DNA of 64,000 nucleotides from Limnochordia bacterium. GTDB lineage: Bacteria; Bacillota; Limnochordia; DTU080. Position 1 is the stretch's first letter. The number at the start of each line of letters is the position of its first letter. The position numbers and the translations under genes were made by a program. The notes beneath the pieces are model-generated. The model saw only the letters and a program-made list of their open reading frames with translations. It was not told the DNA's origin and did no database searches. This document shows, one piece after another, positions 20,674 through 31,246 of the stretch. Location of the stretch: assembly GCA_050951545.1 (NCBI GenBank), contig JBMNJG010000002.1:187258-251257 (forward strand), read 5' to 3'.

Positions 20674-22944
20674 TTATGGATGGTCAGATATCGCCGACGC
20701 CATCTTCTCCAGCGCCTGGTACTTGGTGGTGGTGTCGCTCATCGCGGCCTGGGCCAAAGCTGTAGGTAGGTACCTGGGCAGGTCGTTTCGCATGAGCGTC
20801 AGTCGCTCCAATTGGGCTTTGGCCCAAGAGAGCCTTTCGCTTTCGTCTGTCGGAGGAGGGGTCTGTTCTAGTTCCTGCAACAGACCATACAGGGCTCGTA
20901 GTTTGTCGAGATTGGTTATATCTCTCACGGCCGTCGAGATGGCGCGTAAGTGCGCCGCCTGGGCGTCGTAGCGGTCGGGGGCCCACATGTAGTCAGCAGA
21001 TGTGAGCCAAGACGCGCCCGAAGCGTCTTGACGCGACGGTGTGGCTGGCAAGATCATGTAGCCTGCGAGTCTGGTCTCGTTCGTATTGCGCGCCGCACCG
21101 GTCAGTGGTGCTGTAAAGGGCAACAGGCCAGCAGCTTCCACATCGAGAAAGTCAGCCGTGTAGAAGTTGTCCCATACCAAAGGCCGGCGTTTGGTCAGCC
21201 GTACCACGGCATCGATATCAGCCTCGTCAGTAGCCACGATGACAAAACCGATTTCCGGAGGCAATTGGGCCAGGGTAACCATGTACTGCTCCTTGGAGTC
21301 GCTTAGCTGAGCTGGCCCGGAATACCAAAGAGGCAACACCTTCATGGTGATGTCGGCATGCCTGGCTTTCAGACGCTGGTAGATCTGGCTGACAAAGTAG
21401 AGATGGGCCTTGCCGATGTCGTTACCGAAGGCCTCTTGATCTTCCGGGTGAGTCAGTCTTTCCTGCCCGATATTCTGCAGATCGTCGAAGCTGATGGCGA
21501 AGTCGCGGTATCCGGCGTCATACAGCCGACTCATCTTGTCTACCAGGGTGTTGATCTCACTATCGTCGGAATATTGAGTAGCCACCCTGCCCCGAGGAGA
21601 GAAGGAGACGGTCACATCGATGAAGCTACTCCGGGTGAGCGCCAGAAAGGCCTTCATGGTGAGAATGTCGGCCAAAGTAAAGGGCTCGCGCCAGGCATCT
21701 TTGCCGAATTTCCCGTTGAGGAAAGTCCCGGTAACATACACATAGTTGAGCTTCAGCTCGGCCATCCGCTGAACGGCTTCCTGGTTCTTGTTGAACCACT
21801 GTGATCCCATTGCCATGCCGCGCTGGGTCAGGAGCGGCTTGTCGACCACTTCCATCGCAGGAACGGTACGCCGCTCATCCCTCGTGGCGATCAGCTGCCT
21901 GAGCGTCTGCAGACCGTAGAAGTGGCCCTGCTCCGTGTTGGCACCAACATACACTGTGTGGAGCGTCGTTCCGGACTGTACGGATAGGAAATACCCCTGG
22001 GCGCCCAAGTCGGCCAGGTCTACATCGGGATATGCCTCGTGCAGGCGTTGGAGCATCGCTCTGTCGGATCCGTCGGCAAGAATAACCAGCGTTTCGGTGT
22101 CGGGCAGCGGATCGGAGGTCGCTACGATGGCGTGTTCCACTTGGACGCCGCGCATGATGGCCTGTACGGCTGTGCGGACGCGGTGGGCTTCCTGTGGAAC
22201 CACTACCGCGACTTTGCGGAAAGGCACGTCGCCGCCCGGGAATTTCGCCTGCCACGGGTTGGGTACGATGACGGGTTGCTCTGCAGCCCTTGCTGCGGAG
22301 AGGACGCTATGGGTGGTACGAGGCGGGTGTACCACCCGAATGGCCATGTCGTCCATCCAAGCTGTTCCGGTGCATTCTGTCAGGCTCAGGGCAACGGCGA
22401 GGTAGTGGGTATCTTGAGAGAGAACGATATCGCGCCTTACCTGCATCCAGTCAAACGAACCCTCTGTTGATAAAGCGTCGTAATGTCGGATCTTCCTCTT
22501 GTTCTGATCGTATTCGGTCAAGGTGTAGCGCAGCTGATACCAACCGCCACTGCCTACTACATCCCTGGCCTTGACCCAAGCCGATACTTCAATGTGGCTG
22601 CCTCCCGGGGCGGCCGGGAAGAGCGGCGAGCTCCAGCGGACAACACCCTCCTTACCCGGGGTGAAGGCCGTGGCCTCTATCTTGACGGCCCGGTTGCCCG
22701 AATGCACGACATCATCAACCCAGGTGGCTTGCCCGACCACGTGGTGGGTTGCGGGCACCCAGTCACCGCCAAGCCTGGTGCTGATTGCGGGATCAGAGGC
22801 CTCAAAACCAGCATTTGGCACAGGGTGTTCTTGAGCCTCAGCGAGACCTACGGTACCCGACATGGCCATCACTATGAGCACGCTGGCCTGCAGCGTAAGC
22901 TTCAGGCCCCCTGCAATTCTCGCCAACAACCAGGTGTCAAACAT
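20674..22944 (-). CDS. Secreted beta-N-acetylglucosaminidase-like protein (CBM4/9-like + GH20b-like + GH84 domain)
   Basis: NAGFE carbohydrate-binding domain; QGYFL..GHFYGLQTLRQL; KLNYVY, WREP, catalytic SFDD, VWDN typical of GH84. Confidence 0.75.
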   Translation of the reverse strand: MFDTWLLARIAGGLKLTLQASVLIVMAMSGTVGLAEAQEHPVPNAGFEASDPAISTRLGGDWVPATHHVVGQATWVDDVVHSGNRAVKIEATAFTPGKEGVVRWSSPLFPAAPGGSHIEVSAWVKARDVVGSGGWYQLRYTLTEYDQNKRKIRHYDALSTEGSFDWMQVRRDIVLSQDTHYLAVALSLTECTGTAWMDDMAIRVVHPPRTTHSVLSAARAAEQPVIVPNPWQAKFPGGDVPFRKVAVVVPQEAHRVRTAVQAIMRGVQVEHAIVATSDPLPDTETLVILADGSDRAMLQRLHEAYPDVDLADLGAQGYFLSVQSGTTLHTVYVGANTEQGHFYGLQTLRQLIATRDERRTVPAMEVVDKPLLTQRGMAMGSQWFNKNQEAVQRMAELKLNYVYVTGTFLNGKFGKDAWREPFTLADILTMKAFLALTRSSFIDVTVSFSPRGRVATQYSDDSEINTLVDKMSRLYDAGYRDFAISFDDLQNIGQERLTHPEDQEAFGNDIGKAHLYFVSQIYQRLKARHADITMKVLPLWYSGPAQLSDSKEQYMVTLAQLPPEIGFVIVATDEADIDAVVRLTKRRPLVWDNFYTADFLDVEAAGLLPFTAPLTGAARNTNETRLAGYMILPATPSRQDASGASWLTSADYMWAPDRYDAQAAHLRAISTAVRDITNLDKLRALYGLLQELEQTPPPTDESERLSWAKAQLERLTLMRNDLPRYLPTALAQAAMSDTTTKYQALEKMASAISDHP

Positions 22945-23132
22945 GCATCTACCTCCGCCAATGGCAATGCAAGAGTTATCCTCGTTAGTCGGATCTCCTC
23001 TAGCCAATGGTGTTTACAGAGCGATAAAGGTGAGCGAAAGTGAGCGAAGAAGGAGAGTCATCGTTGACCCGTGCACTCTACAGGGGGTGCCAGCGGGCAG
23101 GGTAGGCGTGCCCATCAAGGGGGTGACGGAGC

Positions 23133-23888
23133 ATGATGTCTGAGATGAGACGGGAACGCATTGTGCAGTTGACACGCGAGCGTGGGGCTGTGGGCATCGC
23201 AGAACTCAAGGAGCTTCTTGGGGCGTCGGAAGCGACTCTGCGTCGGGATCTGACTCGCCTGGCTAGTCAAGGTGTGATTCGACGCGTGCGTGGAGGGGCC
23301 ACAGCGATCGAGGGACTCGATCAGGCGTTGGCGTGGTCGAGCGCCAGAGACAGACACCTAAAAGTTCGCATTGGCCATCGTGCGGCGCGACTCGTCAAGC
23401 CCAAGATGACGGTGAGTCTTGAGAACGGCGGTACGGCCTTTGAGGTGGCGCGCTGCCTGCTGAAGGTGCCTGACATCCGAGTGATTACGAACTCGTTACA
23501 TATTGCCTACCTACTGAATCTTCACGGCAAGTGCAAGGCGGTTGAACTCACTGGAGGAACACTTCGTCAGGACAGCTATCTCTTCGGCCCATTCACGAGT
23601 CTTATCCTGGCCCAGTTCACTGTGGATATTGCCTTTGTGGGTGCCTGGGCCTTTTCATCTGAGCAGGGGATTACCGAACCTGAACCGATGGCGGCCGAGA
23701 TCAAGAAGGCGTTCATCCGTCATGCGCACCGGGCTGTGCTAGTGGCCGATCATACAAAGAGTGGCAAAGTGGCCACAATGGCCGTGGCACCCCTCAGTGC
23801 GTTGAGCACACTGGTCACTACCCGTGAGATCGCACCGCAGACAGCGGAGGCTATACGAAATGAAGGCGTGCAGGTGATAACGTGCTAA
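23133..23888 (+). CDS. DeoR/GlpR transcriptional regulator
   Basis: SEATLRRDL..L...G...RVRGGA HTH; ITNSL, GG.LR, ADHTK. Confidence 0.92.
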   Translation: MMSEMRRERIVQLTRERGAVGIAELKELLGASEATLRRDLTRLASQGVIRRVRGGATAIEGLDQALAWSSARDRHLKVRIGHRAARLVKPKMTVSLENGGTAFEVARCLLKVPDIRVITNSLHIAYLLNLHGKCKAVELTGGTLRQDSYLFGPFTSLILAQFTVDIAFVGAWAFSSEQGITEPEPMAAEIKKAFIRHAHRAVLVADHTKSGKVATMAVAPLSALSTLVTTREIAPQTAEAIRNEGVQVITC

Positions 23889-24269
23889 GGCCTCGGTCGC
23901 CACGCCATTTTCCATACTGTAAGGGACAATCTCGTGGCACGGATTTCGGGGCGGGAGACGTGCTGGAGTTGTTCGATGCGGAGGGGGTTTGGACGTGCTG
24001 AATACGCCGAATGTCGAGGCAGCTTCGCATGGGCGTCGGGGATTCGCGAGCATATGAGGAATGGAGCAGAGTCAAGGCCAGGGAACAGCCCGTGACGATC
24101 TTCACTGAGAAAGTGGCCCCACTCATTGACGCAGAGCTTGCAGATAGACCATTGCATAGGCTATTAACGTGCTCTTGGGTGGGTTGCCGCGAGGGCCATT
24201 CGGCCCTCGCGTAGTGCAGATGTCGTCGCAGCACATCAGCCATCAGCTCCGCCAAAAGGCACCCACCGT

Positions 24270-24434
24270 GGCCAGGGGCGATGCGTTCGCATTCTCGCTT
24301 CACCCGCCCCATCCAAACGGTTTCCCAACACAATGTGCTACCGTAATCTTGGTGGTAGCAAGAGCCGATGAAGCCACAAGGATCCACAACAGGATCATCG
24401 GATTGCTGTTACACCCTTGTTGTGGTTTCCCCAT
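24270..24434 (-). pseudogene. N-terminal remnant of an SBP gene
   Basis: Minus strand reads MILLWILVASSALATTKITVAH then, after a frame change, W..RVKRECERIAPG, resembling the starts of neighbouring SBPs. Confidence 0.4.
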
Positions 24435-24453
24435 GAGATCGTGGGCTGAACAA

Positions 24454-25782
24454 CTACCGCTTCCTTAAGGCAGCGTTGATCATGGCCTCAGCAGTCTCCA
24501 GGCCCTGCCGAGCGCTGACATTTTGCGCATAGATATTATTTAGAATTGGATTGAGGATCGGAATCACTGTTTGGTAACCGTGCAACGTATGATCAATACA
24601 TTCCCGTCCATGCTCTTGTGCCCCACCGAGCACCTCAAGAACCTTTGCCTGGCTCAAGTTCGTTTGCTCACTAAGAACAGACGCGTACGAGTACGCCGCT
24701 GAAAGACGGGCAGGCAGGAAAGACATGCGTCTCACATAACTCTCCATCACCGTGCCGCTGACGAGGAATTTGATCAACCTCCACGCCTCTTCGGGGTGCT
24801 GTGTCACGCTACTCATGACCCACGGGTCAGTGTAAATCAGGTTTGCCCGCGTCTGGAATTTGGGCAACGCCGCCAGACTCCAGTTAGTACCTCCCGCGTA
24901 GTTGACGTAATCGCTTAGCCCCCAGCCCGCAATGATCCTCATCGCCACTTTGCCTTCGAGAATGGAATTGGAGACGGGTGGGCTCTCCCACGGTGCTCCA
25001 CCAGGAATGATTCGCTGATTCCGTAGGTTCACTATCTCTTCGTATGCGTTCACCGTGACCGCATCCGTGAGGTTGATCTTCTTGATTACCCCAGTCCGGT
25101 ACGTCTCAGCGTCAAACCAGTCGCCCCCGTGCAGCCACGCCCACATTAGTGCGTCGTACTCCAAGGTACCAAATTGAAGACCGAAACGGTTAACCGTGCC
25201 ATCGTGATTCACCTTCGTGAGCCGTTTGGCTGCCTGAATCATGGTGGTGTAATTCCAGCTCGCATTATCCCAGCTTGTGGGGGGAAAGGCGAGACCCGCT
25301 TCAGCGAAAACATCTGGGTTGTAGACCACAAATGTCCCCACGGAATTCATTGGTAGCCCCCACTGCCGTCCTTCAGCCTGGTAGGCTTTCCATGCAACTG
25401 GGAAAAAGTCGCCGATGTTCAACTCTGCGCGATCCCGTTCGATGAAAGGTCGCAGGTCGCTAAGCCAACCCAGCGTGTCCATTGACTTCACCGGTCCGCC
25501 ATGCCCCCATACATCGGGCGCGTTGCCCGCTGCAAATAGCAGCGATAGTTTTTCCCACCGGGCCGTCCCACTAGAGGAATAAATGATAATGTCGACTTGG
25601 ATGTCGGGGTTCTGTCTTTCAAACTCCGCGATCACGTCATACGTCCACTCGAGTTCTGGTGGCCAATCCCGGGCGCAAAGCGTAATCGTCACCTTTGCTT
25701 CGGCCGGCTCTCTCGCGAGACAACACAGGAACAAGCTCAGAACGAGCAATGCCAGGATCGAAACACGCCTCATTGAAAACAC
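24454..25782 (-). CDS. ABC sugar solute-binding protein
   Basis: Signal peptide, FERQNPDIQV, AAGNAPDV, QWGLP, HPEEAWRLIKFL. Confidence 0.9.
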   Translation of the reverse strand: MFSMRRVSILALLVLSLFLCCLAREPAEAKVTITLCARDWPPELEWTYDVIAEFERQNPDIQVDIIIYSSSGTARWEKLSLLFAAGNAPDVWGHGGPVKSMDTLGWLSDLRPFIERDRAELNIGDFFPVAWKAYQAEGRQWGLPMNSVGTFVVYNPDVFAEAGLAFPPTSWDNASWNYTTMIQAAKRLTKVNHDGTVNRFGLQFGTLEYDALMWAWLHGGDWFDAETYRTGVIKKINLTDAVTVNAYEEIVNLRNQRIIPGGAPWESPPVSNSILEGKVAMRIIAGWGLSDYVNYAGGTNWSLAALPKFQTRANLIYTDPWVMSSVTQHPEEAWRLIKFLVSGTVMESYVRRMSFLPARLSAAYSYASVLSEQTNLSQAKVLEVLGGAQEHGRECIDHTLHGYQTVIPILNPILNNIYAQNVSARQGLETAEAMINAALRKR

Positions 25783-26239
25783 TTGCCATTACCCCCCTTA
25801 TGAAGACACCCAAACGGCCTAGGCCTCGGGGCGTCGACGGGTGAACAAACCGGAATCGCGATCCGGATTTCTCACCCCCCAATTCCTGACACTATCGTGG
25901 GCAGTCCCCCACCTATGCCAGGCTTCGAGACATCCTCGAACACGTCTGACCTAGAATTGTAATCGGGGCTTGTCTTTTCTCGTGCTTTGAGCCATGACTG
26001 TGCGTGCGCCTCCAATAGACTTCTTGATGGGGTACTTATATCCTGCGATAAACGGTAGCTTCTTCAGTATTGGCTGACAGTCGGGTGGAAATAACCTGCG
26101 GGCTTCGGGACATCTGCGAACACGCCGGATCGGTAATTGTGATCAGGGCTTGCCACCTCCCTGATGCCCTGACGCTGGCTGTGCCCACTGCCTCGAGTGG
26201 ACAGCTTCGGAGTCGACACAACCGCCATTGGCCTACGCT

Positions 26240-26420
26240 TTGCAGGTATTCCACGATATCGAAGGAAGCTGTTGCCAGGTGGGTGATCTCCACCTCGGGA
26301 TGGGCGGCCATGTACTCCTCGACATAGGCATCGATGATCTCTTTTTGCCCGACACCCCAGTGAGTAGCTAGGGTTAGAGAGATCTTGGCCGCCAAAGCCG
26401 ACCAGGAACGCTAACGCTTG
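26240..26420 (-). pseudogene. N-terminal remnant of an SBP gene
   Basis: AAKISLTLATHWG...YVEEYMAAHPEVEITH matches SBP N-termini; similarity is then lost. Confidence 0.55.
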
Positions 26421-26462
26421 GGCAATCCGTCGCCGCCAGCTAAAGGGGAGTGACCTAAGGGA

Positions 26463-28301
26463 GTGAGAGATGTGTTTTGGGCGTTTCGGCGAATGCATCT
26501 GACGGTGGTACTGCTGCTCACGATTATCCTGGGGACTGGTCTTGTAGGGGCGACAGATTCAGAAGGGGAGGGGCCGGGGGCCATGCCAACTAGGAGGGAG
26601 AAGGAAGGTTGGCGGCTGACGTTCGAGGATGACTTCGATGGTGACGAACTGCATCTCACCAAGTGGTCGCGTCTGCCGGATGCCCCGAGGAGAGATGGCC
26701 ATTGGTGGGGTACAGAGACCTTTTTGGATGGGCAAGGGCATCTGATCATCCAGACTAGTGAACGCAATGGCGAGTACTATTCCGGAGCGATAAACAGCCG
26801 GGGCAAGCTCGAACAGGCCTACGGCTACTACGAGATACGCGCCCAGTTGCCCAAGGAAGAGGGTTTTTGGACAGCATTCTGGCTGATGACCGACGGCGTT
26901 GGTATCGTGGGTGATGAGGGCCGGGATGGGACGGAGATAGATATCTACGAGTCGGCTTATCCCAAACAGGACAGGATTCAGCATGCGTTGCACTGGGATG
27001 GCTATGGCGCCCACCATCAGAGTGCTGGGCATGCACCCTACATACCGGGGATCTATGAGGGGTTTCACACCTTCGCGCTACAGTGGGATAAGGATGAGTA
27101 CATCTTTTATGTCGACGATCAGGAGACCTGGCGGACATCCGCTGGTGGTGTGTCAGAGGTGCCCTCATTTCTGAAGATCACGGCCGAGGTGGGGGACTGG
27201 GCGGGGGATATCCGCAAGGCAAAACTACCGGCGCAACTGATCGTCGACTATGTGCGGGTCTATGAGCGCATTCAAGACATAGTGATCGAGTCGCCAGCAA
27301 GAAGGGCCACGGTGGCCGGTGACGAGCCAGTGCGCATTGAGGTCAACCCGGGTATTGATGTAGCGGAGATCCGGGTGCTCCAAAACGGTGCGGAGATCTA
27401 TGTAGGCAGTAGCGTCCCCACTGAGCTCACGCTTCGGGGTTCGGCGATCACCGGGGATGGCCAGGACGCGCTTCTTGTGATCGTCACCGACAAGGAAGGG
27501 CAGGTGTGGCAGAAGGAGACCTGCTTCTCGATCAGTCGCGCCTTTCTACGCCTACCCGCGCTTGATGAGCAGGTCAAGCGAGTGCAGGGGACCTTGGCCA
27601 TAGGAAGCGTGGTGGCAACGGCTACCGACGAACACCTCACGGGTGTGACCTTGTCATTGCATCCCCTTAGGGACGGTGAGAGACGCGAGGGCGTTACTCT
27701 CTACGACGGGACGCTCGCACCTGGAGTGGTGGTCCTAGACACCCTGGAATACCCCGATGGCGCGTATGACCTGGAGCTGATCGTGGAAACCGATCAGGCG
27801 AACCTCTCCACCGACTCGCGGCGCCTTATCATCCGTAACTGGGCCACGCAGATCGAAGAGTTTTTGCCACCAGCGTCCTTCTTTGGTGCGGGCTTTGACA
27901 GATTGGAGACCACGGCCCGTTCAGATGGCTGGGATTTCGCCACAGATAACGCTGCGGACTTCTGCGGTGATGGAAAGCGGCTCACCTCTAGTGGTGAGGG
28001 TGACGAATACTTGATCTGGGAACACCCTCATCTGCGTCATTTTGAGCTCATCACCTACGTCAAGGATGAGCAGATGCTCGACTTTCTAGACATCGCCACC
28101 TCGGCGGACTTGGAGCACTGGTGCCCCGTGGACTGTCAAGCGGTGGTTCTAGATCGTTCGCCCGCCGGATGGCTACAGGTGTCCCTGAGCGGGAAGATCG
28201 GGGCGGAACTGGAGCAACATCTTCTACGCGTGACGTTGCGGGAGCATGAGGGAGATCTGCAGCTAGGCCAGTTGGAACTCACCGGTGTAGCTAGCAACTG
28301 A
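26463..28301 (+). CDS. Secreted GH16 glycoside hydrolase with Ig-like and unnamed C-terminal domains
   Basis: Signal peptide, W.LTFEDDFDG, YGYYEIR, WTAFWL, catalytic EIDIYE, VDYVRVY. Confidence 0.9.
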   Translation: MRDVFWAFRRMHLTVVLLLTIILGTGLVGATDSEGEGPGAMPTRREKEGWRLTFEDDFDGDELHLTKWSRLPDAPRRDGHWWGTETFLDGQGHLIIQTSERNGEYYSGAINSRGKLEQAYGYYEIRAQLPKEEGFWTAFWLMTDGVGIVGDEGRDGTEIDIYESAYPKQDRIQHALHWDGYGAHHQSAGHAPYIPGIYEGFHTFALQWDKDEYIFYVDDQETWRTSAGGVSEVPSFLKITAEVGDWAGDIRKAKLPAQLIVDYVRVYERIQDIVIESPARRATVAGDEPVRIEVNPGIDVAEIRVLQNGAEIYVGSSVPTELTLRGSAITGDGQDALLVIVTDKEGQVWQKETCFSISRAFLRLPALDEQVKRVQGTLAIGSVVATATDEHLTGVTLSLHPLRDGERREGVTLYDGTLAPGVVVLDTLEYPDGAYDLELIVETDQANLSTDSRRLIIRNWATQIEEFLPPASFFGAGFDRLETTARSDGWDFATDNAADFCGDGKRLTSSGEGDEYLIWEHPHLRHFELITYVKDEQMLDFLDIATSADLEHWCPVDCQAVVLDRSPAGWLQVSLSGKIGAELEQHLLRVTLREHEGDLQLGQLELTGVASN

Positions 28302-28775
28302 GGCGGGCATCAAGGCAGTTCCACCTGTTCTGCTTCCACTAAGATCACCTCCCCTAGCTGCAGGGGTCACTGTCCGGGGCGCGGTCTTCGACTTCACTGC
28401 AGGTGGAGAAGAACTGCGCGAAATGGCGCGACAGCAGATGCAGAAGCTGTGTTGGCGACTGGACGTTGGAAACCCTGGGCTTGCGCCTAGCCGAACTCCC
28501 CGAGCGCCTCGCGGGATTCGCATAGCCGTGCAACCGCCCGACTTGCAGAAACCGCCATGACCTAGAGGCGGAAAACGGCTTCGAAAAATAACACTATCAG
28601 AGGAATTGTTCGGACACAATCGGCTGATACGCGATTGTCCCGGGGATTCTGCGCGCAGCGAGACAGACGAGGCAGTAGCCCAAAGAGGCGCAAAGGAGTT
28701 GCCGCTGAGGCAGTTGAATGTGGTCTTGGCATCGTGGCCGACTTGGATACAACCTACAGAGGGGGCTTCAACAGA

Positions 28776-31208
28776 ATGACTCAGTTTGTCTCTGATCGGT
28801 TCGGCGTCAGAAGGCTGGTTTGGCTCGTGTCCTTTTTGGCTCTGAGTTGTCTTGTTACGGGTTCGTTGACGGCTTGGGGAGAGGCGGCTGCCACCTGGCG
28901 CTCAGCACTCTATCCGGAGAACTGGACACCTGCGTTTGCAGATGGCGAGGGCCGTTATCTGCATGATTTCTCCTACGCTGGCTATTATGCAGGTGAGAAG
29001 CCTTTGCCTGAAAGCGTACCAGGGCCCCGGGTCGACGTGACGCAGGCTCCGTATCACGCGGATCACACCGGGGTAGAAAGTGCCTCCTTGGCTATTCAGC
29101 AGGCCATCAATGACGTAGGGCGGGCGGGTGGCGGCACTGTCTACCTGCCACCTGGCACCTATCGTCTCACGCTCGAGCCATACCGCTCTGAAGCCTTGCT
29201 CGTCGCCTATAGCAATGTGGTGGTTCAAGGCGCTGGTCTCGACAAGACATTCCTGTTCTTAGATGAGACTGTCACCCGGGGGAAGGCCATGATTCGGGTG
29301 ACACCAGCCCTGACAGGTGTCAAGTGGTCGGATATCGACGGTCAGGGGCAAATGCTGAGAACGGATGTCGCTGCTCGAGACACGGTTATCCCTTTGTCAG
29401 GTCCGCCACACTTCGCGGTGGGCGAATGGGTTGTCCTTCAGTACGACTGCACACCTGAGTGGGTAGCGGAGCACAACATGAGCGACGGTTGGGATTCATC
29501 CATTGGCGGCCCTGCATTCTACAGAGAGATCGTGGCGGTTGACACCACGGAGAACACCATCACGCTCGACACGCCTCTGCGATATGCAGTGAAGGTGCGA
29601 GACAAAGGCCGGGTGCATCGGGTAAGCCAGCCGCTTATAGAGGTGGGTTTGGCTGATTTCGCAATCAGCATGCGCGAGCATCCATCCACCAGCGGCTGGG
29701 GCAACAACGACCACGGCACATTCGGGACAGGGGCCTACGATGTCCACTCGAGTAGCGCCGTCAGCTTTAATGGGGTCATTAACAGCTGGGTGCGCGATAT
29801 CGCTACCTACAAGGCCCCTGGTAACACCTACGCCCACATACACTCCATTGGGTTCAATTTCAGTCGGAGTCGCTTTCTCACTATCCGCCGTGTAAGTGTT
29901 GAGAATCCGCAGTATCGGGGCGGCGGGGGCAATGGTTATCCGTTTGTCGTCGGCACGCAAGACAGCCTGTATGATAGCCTCCGAGCCATCAACGGCAGGC
30001 ACAACTTCACGATCACTGGTCAGCGGGCCAGCGGCAACGTCATCTACCGGGGGTATATCAGCAACCCCATCCGCTCGTTGGCAGCTGATTTCCACGCCTA
30101 TCTATCGATGGCGAACCTAATCGACAACCTGATCATCGACAACGATCGCTTTGAGGCGGCAGATCGCAGTGGCGCTGCTGGGGTAGCTGGCTTCCCGAAG
30201 CATGGCGTAACCACTACCCAGAGTGTTTTCTGGAACAACGAGGGGCTGTCATACCCTCTAGACCGACCGGCGATTATCCGCTCTGATCAGTATGGCTGGG
30301 GCTACATTATTGGAACTCGCGGCCCGGCTTTCAGAGTGGCTTTGGGCGTCAGTGAGCGTACTGCACCGGAGGACTATCTGGAGGGCGAGGGTTTGGGGGC
30401 CTCGTTGCAGCCTCAGTCGCTCTACGTGGATCAACTCGAGCGCAGGCTCTTGCGAGAAGGCAAGGCTAACCGTTGGGAGGCTGTACGTGAGGGTTTGACC
30501 CCACCGCCTATCACGGAGTGGGAGTCTGTCGAGCCAGAGGGTTTGAGACGAAGCCTCGAGCCGGAACTGCCGCTCATTTATCAAGAGGATTTCGAGAACG
30601 CACTCATCGACATTCTACCCGATGGATGGGACCAGCTACGGACAGTAAACTCACCGGATATGCCGCAGGTAGTACAGGCCCCAGCAGAACTGGGTGCGTC
30701 GAGCGGACAGGTTCTCTGTTTGGGTCGCACCGCTGGCACGTCGAACGTCACGGGTCAGGCAGTGTTCAACTTCCCTCCAGTAAGTGAAAGGCTTGTCCTC
30801 TCCTTCGACATGTTCACCACAACTGAGCGGCGCAACCTGCGAGTTACCCTAGGGGGCTCTGACCTGATGCCCCAAAGTGTCCATGGTACGACGGCCAATG
30901 CTGGCCTTTTCATCGCCATGAACGGTGGCCGCATCTTGGCTCTGCTCGACAGTAAAGCCAACACGTGGGCGTTTGGCGGCTCCTATGGCGCAGGACGCTG
31001 GCACACGGTGACGTTTGATGTCAACATCAAGGAGCAGACGTTCAATATGTATGTTGACGACGCCGTTCTGCCCGGCAACGCGGAGCCTATCTCGTTCTAT
31101 AGGGGGTATAGCGATCTTTGTACGCTAGCCTTTAGCTATCAAAGCATCTCCTCTCATAACAACACAGACCCGGTCTATGTGGACAATGTGAGGCTGTGGG
31201 GCGAGTAG
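28776..31208 (+). CDS. Secreted pectate-lyase-3/GH55-like beta-helix protein with C-terminal lectin-like domain
   Basis: Signal peptide, DFSYAGY, AIQQAIND..GGGTVYLPPGTY, beta-helix-like repeats, terminal VYVDNV. Confidence 0.7.
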   Translation: MTQFVSDRFGVRRLVWLVSFLALSCLVTGSLTAWGEAAATWRSALYPENWTPAFADGEGRYLHDFSYAGYYAGEKPLPESVPGPRVDVTQAPYHADHTGVESASLAIQQAINDVGRAGGGTVYLPPGTYRLTLEPYRSEALLVAYSNVVVQGAGLDKTFLFLDETVTRGKAMIRVTPALTGVKWSDIDGQGQMLRTDVAARDTVIPLSGPPHFAVGEWVVLQYDCTPEWVAEHNMSDGWDSSIGGPAFYREIVAVDTTENTITLDTPLRYAVKVRDKGRVHRVSQPLIEVGLADFAISMREHPSTSGWGNNDHGTFGTGAYDVHSSSAVSFNGVINSWVRDIATYKAPGNTYAHIHSIGFNFSRSRFLTIRRVSVENPQYRGGGGNGYPFVVGTQDSLYDSLRAINGRHNFTITGQRASGNVIYRGYISNPIRSLAADFHAYLSMANLIDNLIIDNDRFEAADRSGAAGVAGFPKHGVTTTQSVFWNNEGLSYPLDRPAIIRSDQYGWGYIIGTRGPAFRVALGVSERTAPEDYLEGEGLGASLQPQSLYVDQLERRLLREGKANRWEAVREGLTPPPITEWESVEPEGLRRSLEPELPLIYQEDFENALIDILPDGWDQLRTVNSPDMPQVVQAPAELGASSGQVLCLGRTAGTSNVTGQAVFNFPPVSERLVLSFDMFTTTERRNLRVTLGGSDLMPQSVHGTTANAGLFIAMNGGRILALLDSKANTWAFGGSYGAGRWHTVTFDVNIKEQTFNMYVDDAVLPGNAEPISFYRGYSDLCTLAFSYQSISSHNNTDPVYVDNVRLWGE

Positions 31209-31218
31209 ACGTGCAAGA

Positions 31219-31246
31219 ACGGCGGCGCAGAATTCTGTGCCGCCGT
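31219..31246 (+). terminator. Hairpin after beta-helix gene
   Basis: ACGGCGGCGCAG AATT CTGTGCCGCCGT. Confidence 0.55.
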
